The position numbers and the translations under genes are program-made. The notes beneath the pieces were generated by a model. It did no database searches. It saw nothing but the letters and a program-made list of their open reading frames with translations, and was not told the DNA's origin. Source: Rhizophagus irregularis (taxonomy: Eukaryota). From it: a stretch of DNA of 64,000 nt. Positions 25,381 to 38,513 of the stretch are shown piece by piece. The stretch is from assembly GCF_026210795.1 (NCBI RefSeq), contig NC_089433.1, forward strand, positions 4,960,001 through 5,024,000, given 5' to 3'. Each line of letters begins with the position of its first letter. The stretch's first letter is position 1.

Positions 25381-25620
25381 ATGATGACCAAATTAAATAT
25401 AGATGTTCTATAAAAATATTCTTCATTCTGCCTTTAGTAAATAAAACATTGAATGAGATTATTTTTCCAATTCTATGGAAAAATCCTTGGGAATATCTAA
25501 TATACCGAAAGAGGAAATTTCGAGATTTAATCATTTTGTCTTTATCAAGTAAATCAAGAAATAAATTAAAAAATCAATATTCGGGTAACCTTAGATATAG
25601 AAATGCTCTTCCAGTTCCTA
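25381..25620 (+). pseudogene. F-box protein 5' relic
   Basis: MTKLNIDVL*...CLLVNKTLNEIIFPILWKNPWEYL matches the Glomeromycota F-box pattern CLLVN..W....IPILW.NP. Broken frame. Confidence 0.7.
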
Positions 25621-25668
25621 CTTATACTAATTCTAACAAATAATCCATAAACAAAAACGGGTTGAATG

Positions 25669-26007
25669 CAGTGTTGGCCAGTGACTCAAATGACCTCAAA
25701 TGACTCAAATGACTGGTCACGTGTCATTTGGGTCATTTCAACTTTAAATGACAAATGACCTAGTCATTTAAAAATTACATCATAATTCTGGCCAGAACTA
25801 TTCATATAATTTCACTATTTCATGGATAAAATTTTCACATGATATTAGAAGTTCATAATTCTGGCCGGCATCATTAACTTGGCCTGAATTATAAAGCATT
25901 AATTTTAAATGACTCAAATGACAAATGACCTAAATGACTAGGTCATTCGAAGGTCATTCGGAGGTCATCTCAAAATGGGCAAATGACCTAGTCATTTGCC
26001 ATCACTG
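25669..26007. mobile_element. hAT-like MITE
   Basis: TIR CAGTG(T/A)TGGC; perfect 8-bp TSD GTTGAATG (25661-25668, 26008-26015); many subterminal AAATGAC/GTCATTT motifs. Confidence 0.92.
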
Positions 26008-28007
26008 GTTGAATGGGCATGAATGATGAAACAGATTTCCAATTATACTGTAACACCATAAAGCATTGTGCAAGTCAAGACTGGAGTAAAATATTCGATT
26101 GGAAGGTTTTGCAAAAAAAAAAATTCTACTGTATTTTAATTAAATTTTATTAGCGTTACATTTAATATTAAAAACATGATTACTATATGATAGAACGAAT
26201 CGTAATATTCAAGTATTTATTTTACAACCTATGCAAATTTATTAACATTATTTCCACATGTATTTCGTCTTCAATTTTTTTTGGCTTGAAAATAAACAAC
26301 GTAAAAAACAGTTTCGATTTTAAATATAAGTTTGTGATCAACGATATGTATCGAAAAATTCAAAGACTTAATAAACAATCTATTGGAGACTTGAATGCTG
26401 ACTTTGAAAATTTGAAACTTGCTCTTTAAAAAAAAAAAAATTAAAATAAAATAAAAAATTCCGAGTTTTTCTCGCTATGAAAATCTTGCTACTACACGTG
26501 ATCGTACCTGATGAAATTTTCAATTATGTAAATAAAAAATTTATTTTTACTGTTTATTTACGTACGTCAAATTTTTTTAAATGAAATCAGAATATTTTCT
26601 ATTTAGAAAAAATTAAAAAAATTTTCTTCTCCTTAAAATAAACTTTCTAAGACGGTAATTAGTAATTACCCTTTTATTACTTTTATTAGGAAAAAAGAGA
26701 AATAAGTACTACGAAGAAAGATAAATTAATATATTTCCTTATTCTGTTCCATCTATTAAAAAACACCTGAATCCCGAATCTACACAATTTTTTTTGTCTT
26801 TGTTTTTAACATACTACTGAACCAAATTTTATTAACATTTATTATTTATATTTACGTAGTTGTTATATATATTTAATAAAGTTCTTTTGTATACAATACG
26901 CGATAATAATACATTCCAAAATTGTTTTCATTACATTAAACATGGCAGGGAGCTTTAAATATTAACGAATGGTATTGAGATGAGATTTAATTTATTAAAT
27001 TTATCTTGCATTTGTGTTGAGTATCTATACCAATAGATTTATTATTAATATTCTATGATTGAAATGGTTGATTGAAATGGTCTCAGATGATTATGCCATT
27101 TGACAAAGAAAAATTTTTAGATAATTACTAGCAGTCACCCATTTCTTCGAAGGTGGAGGCGTGCTGCGCATTACACAATTCAAATTAATTTATTCAGGAT
27201 AATCTAAAAATCACAAATTTTTTTTAATTATATAGATTAATAATATGTTTGATGATATAAGTACACAATTCAATTTTATTTCGTCCTTCCTTGCTTGCAT
27301 TTTATGAAATATTTCTTTTATTTCATCGCTAATTAGTCATATAATTGTCCCAAATCAATCAATTTAAACAAACGGTACCACCCAATTAGGATGTGCTTTA
27401 AACATATGTGGACATATGTTTTTAAATTACCTTTGAAATTTCAAAAATAAGGGATTTTGATTGGCAATTTTAGTCGTATCCTCCTGATCCTCCTGATCAT
27501 AATTTTTACTATTAAACACAGTCCAGATGATCGACAAATCAAAGAATGTGGTTGCGTTTTGTGGCTAAAAAATTTGATAAAATAAATCCTTTAAAAAAAT
27601 AATTAATTAATTAACTTCATATCTGCTTCAAAGAATTTTTTCGTTAAATTCTCTACTAAACAATTATAGTCTTTTTAGTGCATCCTAAAGACTTAAAAGA
27701 TTGCATGTACGACAAACATACTACTTAGCGTTGTTCTCGTGATCAAAATAATTGCACACAATGCATAAAAATGCATTCTTATTTGTTCTGAAATCCTGAA
27801 ATTCGAATACTCGGCTGCATTTTGAATAATTATTATTAACTAACAACTATATATACGCCACATTAATAAAGGCGTTTACTGTACCATACTGATTAAGATA
27901 TTGCCTTTTGAGAATACTCCTATTTTATAAGACCCGGGTATTTTAATCAGTGCAGTACGGTAATAAATATACAGTATACACACCGTCTTTTAGGAAGAAT
28001 TTATATA

Positions 28008-30320
28008 ATGGCGCACAGCAATGATGAAGGTAAAAAGTATAAAGCATGCATATTTGATACAAATTAGAATTATTCTAAAATTTTTAAAAAAATTTGCAAC
28101 ATAATAATAAAACTAGTATCAAATAGTACAAAGGAATCTGAAGGTAAAATATCTAATATAAAAAAAATTTTTGTAAATAATTTAATATTATCTCGTAAGT
28201 TAATAAATAGTTAAATTACTTATAGTATTTTAATATCTTATTATATTCTATACAAATAATTCATTTAATGATTAAAAATGCTATAGTTAGTATATTTTTT
28301 TAGTACATGAAACTCGAATGACTAATTTCTTTATTTAGTAATTAATGATATTATAGATGGTTAGTTATTACTTATTAAAGCCTTTATATTTATTTAATAT
28401 TTACATATAATTCATACTAATTATGTTTTTAAATAATTAGACTGTAAGTGATATATTTCATTTTATACTATGCATTCTCTTGTATAATATTTATGTCTAG
28501 TTTAATGTATTACAGGGTGTAAGTTATGCGTTGCTTATTTTTCTGACATTTTATATAATTCAAACAAACTAAATCTTTATTGGAAAAATTAATAATAATA
28601 TAGGGGGTAAGTAATTTATTTAATTCTGTTATTAGTAGTACATATTTATATATATTTTAATTAACTAAATTCTTTATTCAAATAATTTATTTTAGTTTGT
28701 AAGTTATATTAATTTTACTGTTCACTTAATATTTATAATATTTACATATGATTTAAGCTAATTAAACTCTTTATTTTAAAATAGTTATTAATAATATTAT
28801 AGATGGTAGGTTATTTAATTCTCGTTATATATTCATATTGTACTATTTACACAAAATTTAACTAACTAAATTCTTTATCTAAAAATTATTTGTTAATTTT
28901 TATTAGATAACAAGCTAATTTATTATTATATGTATTTTCTGGCATATAGTTTATACTAACTAATTTATTTTAATAAATTATCTAATTAGTGAGTAAGTTA
29001 TTCATTAATTTTATTATTGCATATTTTATGATTTTTAACAATTAAAATCATAGATTTGAAAAAAGTGAAAATGCAATTATGGATAAATTTATTTCTGAAA
29101 AAAATCTAAAATGGTTTCCTTATAATAAATTTAAAAATGTTAAATATCTTGATAAAGGAGGATTTGATATATAATATAAAGCTATTTTGTTAGATGAAAA
29201 CAAAGTTATAATTCTTAAAAGTCTTAATAACTTGAATGAGAATTTAAATGAATTTTTGAATGAAGCATGATATATACAATATTTATTTTATTTTTGTAAT
29301 TTTTAATTATAATTTATTTATACTATTAATATCTAATTTTATTCCTTTATAGTGGATATATCATGAAAGTTGTTGAAATTATTAATTTAGATGGATTTAC
29401 AATGGATCCAGATACTTTGAATTTTATGGCAGTAATGGATTATGCGAATAAAGGGAATTTAAGAGGAAATTTAACAAAAGTAATTAAAAATAATTGGAAA
29501 CAAAAATTATACATTTTGTATAAAATCATTTTTGGGCTCTATAAATTACATGAACAAAATCTATTTCATGGTGATTTTCATGATGGCAATATTTAATTCA
29601 TAACTTTAAAAAGATAAAGAGAGTGAAGAAAATGAAGTAGGTGAAGAAGATGAAGTAAGTGAAGAAGATGAAGAAAGTGAAGAAGATGAAGAAAGTGGAA
29701 AAAGTGAAGTACATGAAAAAGATGAAGAAAGTAAAGAAAATGAAGAAACTGAAAAAGATGTAGTTTATATCAGTGATTTAGGATTATGTAGACCTGTAAA
29801 ATCTTCTTTAAAAAAAGATGATATTTTTGGAGTTATACCATTTATGGCACCTGAAGTTTTAAGAGGTAAATCTTATACTTAAGCTTGTGATATATATAGT
29901 TACTCTATGATTATGTGGGAATTTACATCTGGAGTTTCACCATTTAATGATAAAGCACATGATATACAACTTGGTTTAAATATTTGTAGAGGTGAACGTC
30001 CTGAGATTATTGAAAATACTCCATAATGCTATGTAAATTTAATGTTAAAATGTTGGGATGAGGATCCACTAAAAAGGCCATCTGTATTTAAAATGTTAAA
30101 TACTATTAAAAACTGGATTTTCCGTCCTAAATTTAAAGATATTAGCGAAGAATTAAAAAGTAACATCATGGAATTTATAAATGCACCAATTGAATATAAC
30201 AATCTTACTACTGAATCTCATGTTATACAAACCGCTTTCTCAACTTTAATAGTGGAAAATTAAATGAAATTCTGGAAAGTGAATGCTTGGATGATTGTTT
30301 AATTGATGAATGAAGCTATT
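28008..30320 (+). pseudogene. TKL-like kinase pseudogene with 5' microexon array and acidic insert
   Basis: WFPYNKFKNVKYLDKGGF, MDYANKGNLR, HGDFHDGNI, ISDLGL, GVIPFMAPE, CWDEDPLKRP. In-frame stops near 29594, 29880 and 30025, plus frameshifts. The 5' boundary is approximate. Confidence 0.85.
29615..29760 (+). repeat. 18-bp minisatellite encoding an E/D-rich kinase insert
   Basis: About 8 copies of GAAGAAGATGAAG(A/T)AAGT between HDGNI and DLG. Confidence 0.85.
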
Positions 30321-31797
30321 GGATATGTAATCTTATATCAAAATATTAAATTATTTTATATATGATTAGTTTATTTATTTAGTTAGTGAAAATTGATTAT
30401 TATAAAAATGTTTTCGTTTATAGTATAAAGTGATATTTGATATTGTACATTCAACAAAATTTTTTTTATTTTATTGGAATTATTTAAACACTAAGATTAG
30501 AGTAGTAAATATTTTACAAGTTTCTTAGTTTGTAATTTGAATAGTTCTTTCTATCTAATATTAAATATAATTTATTAAATTAATTTTATTCAAAATATTA
30601 AAAATTACAATGTATTAATTTTAACTAAAAAGATTTAATTTGATCGCTTGACTAAAGGATAAAACAAATGAATTTAGCAAAATAATATACATGTTTTTAT
30701 AATTCGTTTTGTACTTAGGGCTGCAATTTAATCCATATTAAAAATAAAAATAATATACTGTGTATTTATAATATCACTCTTTAAAAAAAAGCGCATCATG
30801 TGATAATTTCAAAAAGTTCAGTATGTGAAAATAAAATAAATTGGTAATGTTCACGAAAAATTAAGACTCACTATTCTGTAAAGTTTTTATTTTGTTCAGC
30901 TAGTAGGTAAATAAAAAAAGATATTTTATAATAAAATATGTATAAATTATATATTAAGTGGAAGCTTGCAGAAGTGCTTGCCAAACTAATGAGACAATTA
31001 AAAACAGATAATACCTTACATCAGCAAAAACCATTCAATTTCCAATTTATTAAAAAATAAAGATTTGGAGGAGTTACATAGAGTGTGATGTGGATGATGG
31101 AGATTGATGATAGTAAAAGAATGAATGTGAAAATACAACCAAGCTGTGCACGCACTCTTAATCGATTTGATATTTAAAGCCATGTATATAAACTTTGGAT
31201 TCTCAAAATTTCCTTTATAGTATAGTTAATAAAACCAATTTTCAGGGCTTTTATTTAAAAAAAATCTAGGGAGTAAATTAGTAAATCCAGTAAAAGTATT
31301 AATATTGTTATGAATAATGAAGTTGCTTTAATAAAATTAATATTTGAATGGTTCCATATCTGCTGAACAGTTCAAGCCGATTTCATTTAGCAAATTATTG
31401 AAAAATATGTATAGTTATTTCACTAAAAACATCTAATATTTAAGAACATTAATAAAAATTAACATTTATGTATTTTCATACTTGTTAAATGACACACTCC
31501 TTTATTTAATTGAAGTGTTAAAATTAATATTAAGAGATCCATAAAAACATATAAAAATACAGTTTTATAGCAATATTTCACATCTGAGTTCTTTAAAAAT
31601 ATTTATTTAATAGATTTCTAAAAAATATTTTTTATATGATAAAAAGAGAAAAAAAGTTTGTGGGAGAAATAATTTTGTTGTAGCTGTAAACAACAAACAA
31701 GTAAAGCTGTTCATATCACAAGATTCCATGTATGTATAAGGTACATAATGTAAGATGAAAAAAATTTTATGTACTTTATATTGTTATAACAAGTATC

Positions 31798-33758
31798 ATT
31801 ACCACCAATCTTCTGCATATTCAATTTTATTTTTATTTATCCTTGTCCATACCAGAACTAAAATATAATTATTTGTATCGGGATTTTGAGATATCCCATA
31901 CATATCATATGTTGAATATTTTTTAACCTAAATATAAAAATAAGGTAATAAATATATTATATTAATAGTATTAAGAATATTTTATAAGAATGTTATACCT
32001 CATTTATTAGAGAGTCAACAGAATTTAGTGAGTTATATAAATATTTTAAACCAACCATTTTACTTGAATCTCTTGTATATCTATCAAAATTCCAACCAAC
32101 ATAACATAATGGACCATTCTTCCAAATTGCGTAATATACTGTTAAACCATCATTATCTATTTCTTCAATTTCATCAAATTGATCATATGGTATCCATTCA
32201 AATACCACATCTTTATGGTTATTCATTTCTTGAATGAAATCGTCAATTTTTTCATTTCCACTAATAAAATTTGCTAAGTTCATGAAATTATTTTGAACCA
32301 AAATATAATCATTTGTATCTGGGTTTTGAGAAATTCCAAATAATACACCTTTTTTTGGTAAATATTTTTTAGCCTAATAATAAAATAATAAAAGAAATTA
32401 AGAAATTAATAATATTATTAAAAGTAAGTAAAATATTTATAAAAATCTTATACCTCATTTATTAGGAAATCAATAGAATTTTCTGAATTATGCAGACATC
32501 TTAAAGAAACTTCTATACTTGAATCTCGTGTATAATGTTGATACTGATAATTATAAAGTAATCGACCATCCTTCCATACTGCTGAATACATTGTAATAGA
32601 ATTAGTATTTTTGCCTATTTCTTCAATTTCATTAAATTGATTGTAGGGTATCCATTCAAATACTACATCATTATAATCATTAATTTTTAATTGTATCTCT
32701 TGAATAAAATCATCAATTTTTTTATCTCCACTCATCAACATAAAATTTTTTTGAACTAAAATATAGTCACTTGTATCAGGATTTTGAGATATTCCATATA
32801 TTTTAGTAATCTGTCTGCCGAATATACTTGTTAATTGCTTTTTAACCTGAATTGTGAATAAAAAGATAATTTAATTGAGATAAAAAAAAAATATTAAAAT
32901 ATTAGAAATATTTGTAGAATGTCTTACTTCATTTGTTAGAATTTCAATAGAATTTTGTGAGCTATGTAAATATTTTAAAGCAACATTTGTATTTGGTTCT
33001 CTTATATACCTCTTATTCAAATCACTGTAAAATAATGGACCATTCTTCCATATTGCTGAATGTACTGTTGTAAAATTATTTTTGCCTGATTCTTTAATTT
33101 TATCAAGTTGATTGTATGGTATCCATTCAAATACATCATCATAATGATTCATTATTTTTAATTGCATTTCTTGAATGAAATCATTAATTTTTTCATTTCC
33201 ACTGATCCAATTTGCTAAATTTATGGAATTATTTTGAACCAAAATATAATTATTTGTATCTGGATCTTGAGATATTCCATACAATGTAATAAATGCATTA
33301 TAATTTGTTGAATACATTTTAGCCTAGATACAAAAAAAAAATAGTAAATATATTAAATTAAAAAAGTATTTAAATATTTCAACATTTACCTCATTCATTA
33401 GAAAATCAATGGAATCTTGTGAGTTATGTAAGCATTTTAAAGCAACCTTTTTATTTGACACTCTTGTATATCCATTATACCAATTATAGTCAAATAATAT
33501 TGGACCGTCCTTCCATATTGCTGAATATAATGTTATAAGACCATTTTTATCTGTCTCTTTGATTTCATTAAACTGATTGTATGGTATCCATTCAAATACT
33601 ACATTATTTTTGTTATTGAATTTTAATTGCATTTCCTGGATGAAGTTATCAATCTTTTCATTTCTACTAGTCCAACATATAAGATTTCTTTTTAAATAAT
33701 TCAGAATGTTAGATGACTCTAAAGGATTTTTTTGGGGAAACATTATATAAAAGTGCAA
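31798..33758 (-). CDS. Protein of four tandem kinase N-lobe-like modules, no C-lobe (possibly truncated or pseudogene)
   Basis: Four repeats of S(G/R)(N/D)xKIxxFIQE..VFEWIPY(N/D)Q..SAIWK(D/N)G..VALK.L.NS..NE|V..YGISQ(N/D)PDT..YILV, each with an intron at NE|V. No HRD or DLG motif. The 5' end is unresolved. Confidence 0.75.
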
Positions 33759-33950
33759 AAAAATTTTATTAATAATAAACTATTTGATCATTATATATGT
33801 AACTAAAATTCCAAAAAAGGAATCTTGTATAATACAACTTAAATAAGCTTATGTAAATATTACATAAGCTTAGTAATATTTTTCAAAATGGATAAAAACG
33901 ATGTCAATCATGTAACACACAAAAATCACATATACGAAAAGAATTTAAAT

Positions 33951-34985
33951 TAGTGCTTCGACCCGGATGAAAACCATCATCCGGATTACACAAAAAAAAA
34001 TCCAGATTTTATCCGGATTGATCCAGATTCTTTATCCGGGTCAAAAAATCTGGATAGAAAGTAGAAACCGAAATCCGGATTGGATTTACACTGATCGGCA
34101 ATAATTCTGGCCAGAATTCATAACTCCGACCGGAATTACAAATTTGTGTAATATTAAAAATTTTCGTGCCACTATGCTTAGCCGATAAAAAATTTTTCGC
34201 CCGGTGCTAAACTATTTTATCGGTGCCACGTGATATTAATTTCGGCCAGAATTACAAATTTGGCCAAAATTATCTAAAACCGCAAAATTTTCATAATTCC
34301 AATTTTATTCAATACTTTTCTTTAAAACAATTTCATATTATTTCAGCATTGTCTCAAACTATTGTTTAACATTCCTTTGTAAATTAACTAATTATGAAAT
34401 TTTGGGTAAACAAGATATTTTTATATACAACAATAGATTTAGGTTAGTAAGGCAATTTTTAAAATGTTAAAAAGGATTTATTTCTTCTTTCAAAAATTAA
34501 AGAATCATTTGAATCAAATTATAAAACGCTAAGATTTTAATTTTTGAAAAAGGTTGTTATAATTACTGTATATAAATTTTAAAATATCTCAATTTTTTGT
34601 AATTTGATCTGATAATTATTATTTCATTGTAAAAAAAATAATATAAAATTTTTTTCTTTTGAACATTTGAATGCGAAAAATGATTCTTTGTTTAGTAAAT
34701 TATTACATTTTAAACTTCAGTTGATCAACATGCGTAAGTGTTTTAGGTGTTTTCACTTTCAGTACTTAAAATGTTTGTCTATGGTCGCACTTTAATGAAA
34801 AAATTTATATACTTATTTCTATAAATAATTTGTAAATCTTATTGTATGAAGTTACGGTGCTATGCAAAAAAAATAGGATATTTTTCATCCGGATTATAAT
34901 CTGGATGAAAACCACAAAATCCGGATATCTGAAAAAAAAATATCCAGATTGATCCAGATCAATCTAGATACGGGTCGAAGCACTA
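33951..34985. mobile_element. hAT-like non-autonomous element (1035 bp)
   Basis: TIR TAGTGCTTCGACCCG / CGGGTCGAAGCACTA; perfect 8-bp TSD ATTTAAAT (33943-33950, 34986-34993); subterminal ATCCGGAT repeats. Confidence 0.93.
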
Positions 34986-35094
34986 ATTTAAATTTTTATA
35001 ACTTTGAGCAAAAAAAATTTTAGATAAATACACACTTTATACCATATATATATGTTTATAAAGTTAAAGTTTGACAGGAAATATTTAGAAATTA

Positions 35095-37280
35095 GAGGTT
35101 TAATGAATACTGTATAATTGAAAAAAAAAAAAAACTCTTTCCCGTGGGACTAAAAATTATTAGAAATCCGCAGTAAGGAAACTAAAATTACAAAAATATA
35201 AAATAAATTTTATTTTCTTATTAAAATACTAATAAAAATGGAGTCATACCGAGGGCAAGAGGAGTTCGAGGAACACATCTTAAAAGAAGTCAAGTCATTT
35301 GTTGGAAAAAATTTTACAAAAGCCAACTCTAGACATAAAGACGAGATAGAGAATATTTTCGACAAAATATTTTTCAGGACGCTAAAAACACATAGGCTAC
35401 TAGTGGAAATAAGTAATATAACTGGCATAAAAGGTGAAAATATAAAAATAATAGCCAGGAGTATACTGAGGTTCGCATATAGAGACCACGATAATGACGT
35501 TAAAAGAATTGGAAACCAGAATATTCGCCTTCGTTCATGGCTGCGGCAGGCGCAGCAAAAACCTTCGACACATGATACACAACTAGATAAAGAAATAGAA
35601 TGCGAGTTAAAAACACCAATCAAAAACGTCTCGGAACAAAGAAAAATGCCGAAAAATAAAAAACGTGAAAAAAAATCAGTTAAGGAAATTGTGCTCCCAT
35701 CAAATGATGATCAGATATCGATCCAAAAAAATACTGGGGCTCAGAGTACAACATCACGTGATATTTTATTTTACGACATACCATCAAGATATAGTGAGGA
35801 AGAGGTAGTCAATGCCATAAATCAATTAGGCAAGGTACACAGAATTAGAATCAAAAAACATTACAAATACCAATCAGTAAGAGCGGACATATCATTATTG
35901 GAAGATTATGAGACATCCTTTTTAAATGGGGTATGGAAGGAGAAAGTGCTAATAGGAAGCAACGATAAAAATAAAAAAGTCATTGACGTTCGTTGGTTCA
36001 AAGGAGATAGGACTGTTAAAGACATAAAAGAAAAATGCAAGTGGAAAGCTTACAAAGTAATATCTACGAATTACTACCAAGATATAGCGAGAAAAAATTA
36101 TACTTTTGAGTATGGAAAAATTGCTCGCTTTGGAAATAAGACAGTTTTCCTGGCGTATTTTAAAGATGAAGATCAATTGAACAATGCAATCGCTCTGGAC
36201 GGCGGGATTACAGATCAAGCCTGGATTATTCACAGAAAACGTCAAGATGGCGCGCCGAAGAAGTCAACAAAAGAGGTCCTTCTGAGGGCGCTAATCAGCA
36301 TGGTCCCGAATAATAAAAAAGAAGAGCTGATAACGACAACCGTGACGTCACCAACAATTATGAAAGATGTAACCACGGAAGAGGTAGTCGATACCGTTAA
36401 TAAATATAGGAAAAACCTGCTGAGTGAAAAGCAAGTAAAAACGATATCGCATCCAATAAAAGATTATACTTCACCAGATAACGTGGTTAAAGTAATTGAA
36501 GAGTACTGAGAAGAGATAATGGTTGAATATAATAAAGTGACGTTACCAGTTGAAGATGACAACATGATAAAAGTCTACGACAAAAACCACCCACTGAGTA
36601 AAGCGAGGATTTCTTTATTCAAAAAAAGCGTCAGTGACAAAAAGGGAAGAAGTCAGAGCGTTCTACAAATGGAGAAAAAACTGTGTCTCTGATAGAATTA
36701 CATGAATACAACAAAGTTAACGCTGATTGTACTAAACGTTTACCATCACAAAACAATAGGTCTTCATTTACCGTTTCAAACTGTAACCCATTTATAATAG
36801 GACCAGGTAATGGTTTTTCATCATCATCGGATGATGAAGAACATATAAAAGAAGTCAAGAAGCGTATAAAGAAAAAACAGGGAACGCGAAGTGACACAGA
36901 ATACAAAGAGACTGGAGATGGCTTTAGAGAAGTCAAAAAAGAAAGAAAACCCTGGGCCAGAAAACCTGGAAGCAGGATGTGCCGTAAAAAGAAGAAAAAG
37001 GGTCAAAACAAAAAATAGTTTAGGTTTTTTTTTTTAGTGTAGAATAACGAGATATACCCATGTATGTAGATACTTTGTATATAGGTTGGTGTAGGGGTTA
37101 AAGGTGTTGATCGGGGACGGTAGTGGCCTTGACATGGAGAGAGCGAGTAGTTTTAGACTGCTCAATTTCAATGGTATATTGAGGTTATTCTACTGTCTAT
37201 GTTTGTACTAGTGCGCGAAATACTAACATAGACTCTTTTTAATCAATAAATATGCGTTTGTCATTGTAAAAAAAAAAAAA
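35095..37280 (+). mobile_element. ORF1-only non-LTR retroposon (HAL1-like)
   Basis: 16-bp TSD AAATATTTAGAAATTA (35079-35094, 37281-37296); AATAAA at 37245; poly(A) from 37268; intronless A-rich ORF; no RT or endonuclease motifs. Confidence 0.88.
35238..36509 (+). CDS. LINE ORF1-like protein with RRM-like domain; ancestral frame probably ran to ~37018
   Basis: RDILFYDIPSRYSEEEVVNAINQLGKVHRIRIKKHYKYQSVRADISL is RRM-like. The frame stays open for ~60 codons past the TGA at 36507; a basic tail ORF follows at 36683-37018. Confidence 0.7.
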   Translation: MESYRGQEEFEEHILKEVKSFVGKNFTKANSRHKDEIENIFDKIFFRTLKTHRLLVEISNITGIKGENIKIIARSILRFAYRDHDNDVKRIGNQNIRLRSWLRQAQQKPSTHDTQLDKEIECELKTPIKNVSEQRKMPKNKKREKKSVKEIVLPSNDDQISIQKNTGAQSTTSRDILFYDIPSRYSEEEVVNAINQLGKVHRIRIKKHYKYQSVRADISLLEDYETSFLNGVWKEKVLIGSNDKNKKVIDVRWFKGDRTVKDIKEKCKWKAYKVISTNYYQDIARKNYTFEYGKIARFGNKTVFLAYFKDEDQLNNAIALDGGITDQAWIIHRKRQDGAPKKSTKEVLLRALISMVPNNKKEELITTTVTSPTIMKDVTTEEVVDTVNKYRKNLLSEKQVKTISHPIKDYTSPDNVVKVIEEY

Positions 37281-38513
37281 AAATATTTAGAAATTAAAAT
37301 TCAGCGCTAACCATGATAAATAAATTTCTGTATGGGATTTTTTTTAATCTACTGTTTAGAGTTATTGATAAATTTTTTTTATTTATGCAGGTCATACGTT
37401 ATGACCTCCAATTTTAGGTTAAAGTCAAAATTTTTGCCCGTTTCTTACTAAAAATTTTGCCGATCTTATCCGGATTGACCACACTGGATACACAATAATT
37501 AGAGTTCTTTAGTTTATGTCAATACATTATATAAAATATATAATATATATATATGTTTTATATTAACAATTTAATAATTAGGAAAATATATTTGCTTGCT
37601 GTAGAAATGAAAAAAGAAATATTTTCATTGAGGATTTTATTCCCTAGGCATAATATTTATTATCATCATAAATATAATATATACAGTATATATATGTTCA
37701 AAAGCCTAATTAATTTGGAGTTTTTTTTTGTTAATCCAAATTTTTTAACATTGCATTTTTGTAAGGGACTTCATCTCCAAGCTAATCAAGCATAATGTTT
37801 TGTATTTATAATTAAAGAAAAATGGTTAATATCATTGAATTTAAAGGTATGTAAGGTAGCAAAAATGTTCATATTCTTTAACATTGAATAATCTACAGCC
37901 TTTTTCTTTATATTCTGATATATACAATAGATAGTGGAATCTTTTTCAAAAAATTAAAGAATAAAGCGTTTTTAAAAAATTTTTATTATAAAAAAATAAT
38001 TATAAGAACTTCTTTTCAGTTTGTTACTAGGAAAATTAAAAAAAAATTTTTCATTTTGTTTTTATTAGAAAATTTAGAAAGTTGTTTTTTTTTTACAATT
38101 TTCCAATAAAAAAAAACAAAAAAAAAATTTTTTTTCTTTATTAGAAAATTAGAAAATAATTCATTTACTTAAATAAAAATGAAAAACGTAGTAAAGTCCA
38201 AAATTGGCTTAGAAATATAATTGTTTTTTTTAAAAATAATTTTTTTACTCCAAAACAATCAATTTTTTTTGGTACATTTTTAATTATAATTGATTGACAA
38301 ATCAACTCAAAATTAAATTTCATCTTGCATAATTGTTTTTAAGAAATATCTGGTCAAGTTACCAACTTTGAGTTTTTTTAATACATTAATTATTATAAAG
38401 GACGTATAATTTATTATAACGGACGCATAAATTTATTATAAAGGACATGTGAAAAAATTATTTTTTTGCATACATCGCATAATAGAAATTACTACACTAT
38501 TATTATTATATAG

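Noticed and set aside
25669..26007. CRISPR-like repeat/spacer pattern
   Set aside because: Short irregular subterminal motifs within a hAT-like MITE; eukaryotic context and no cas genes.
35210..37006. Minus-strand ORFs 35210, 35949, 36631, 36824 (and plus-strand 23822)
   Set aside because: Antisense shadows of purine-rich retroposon ORFs.
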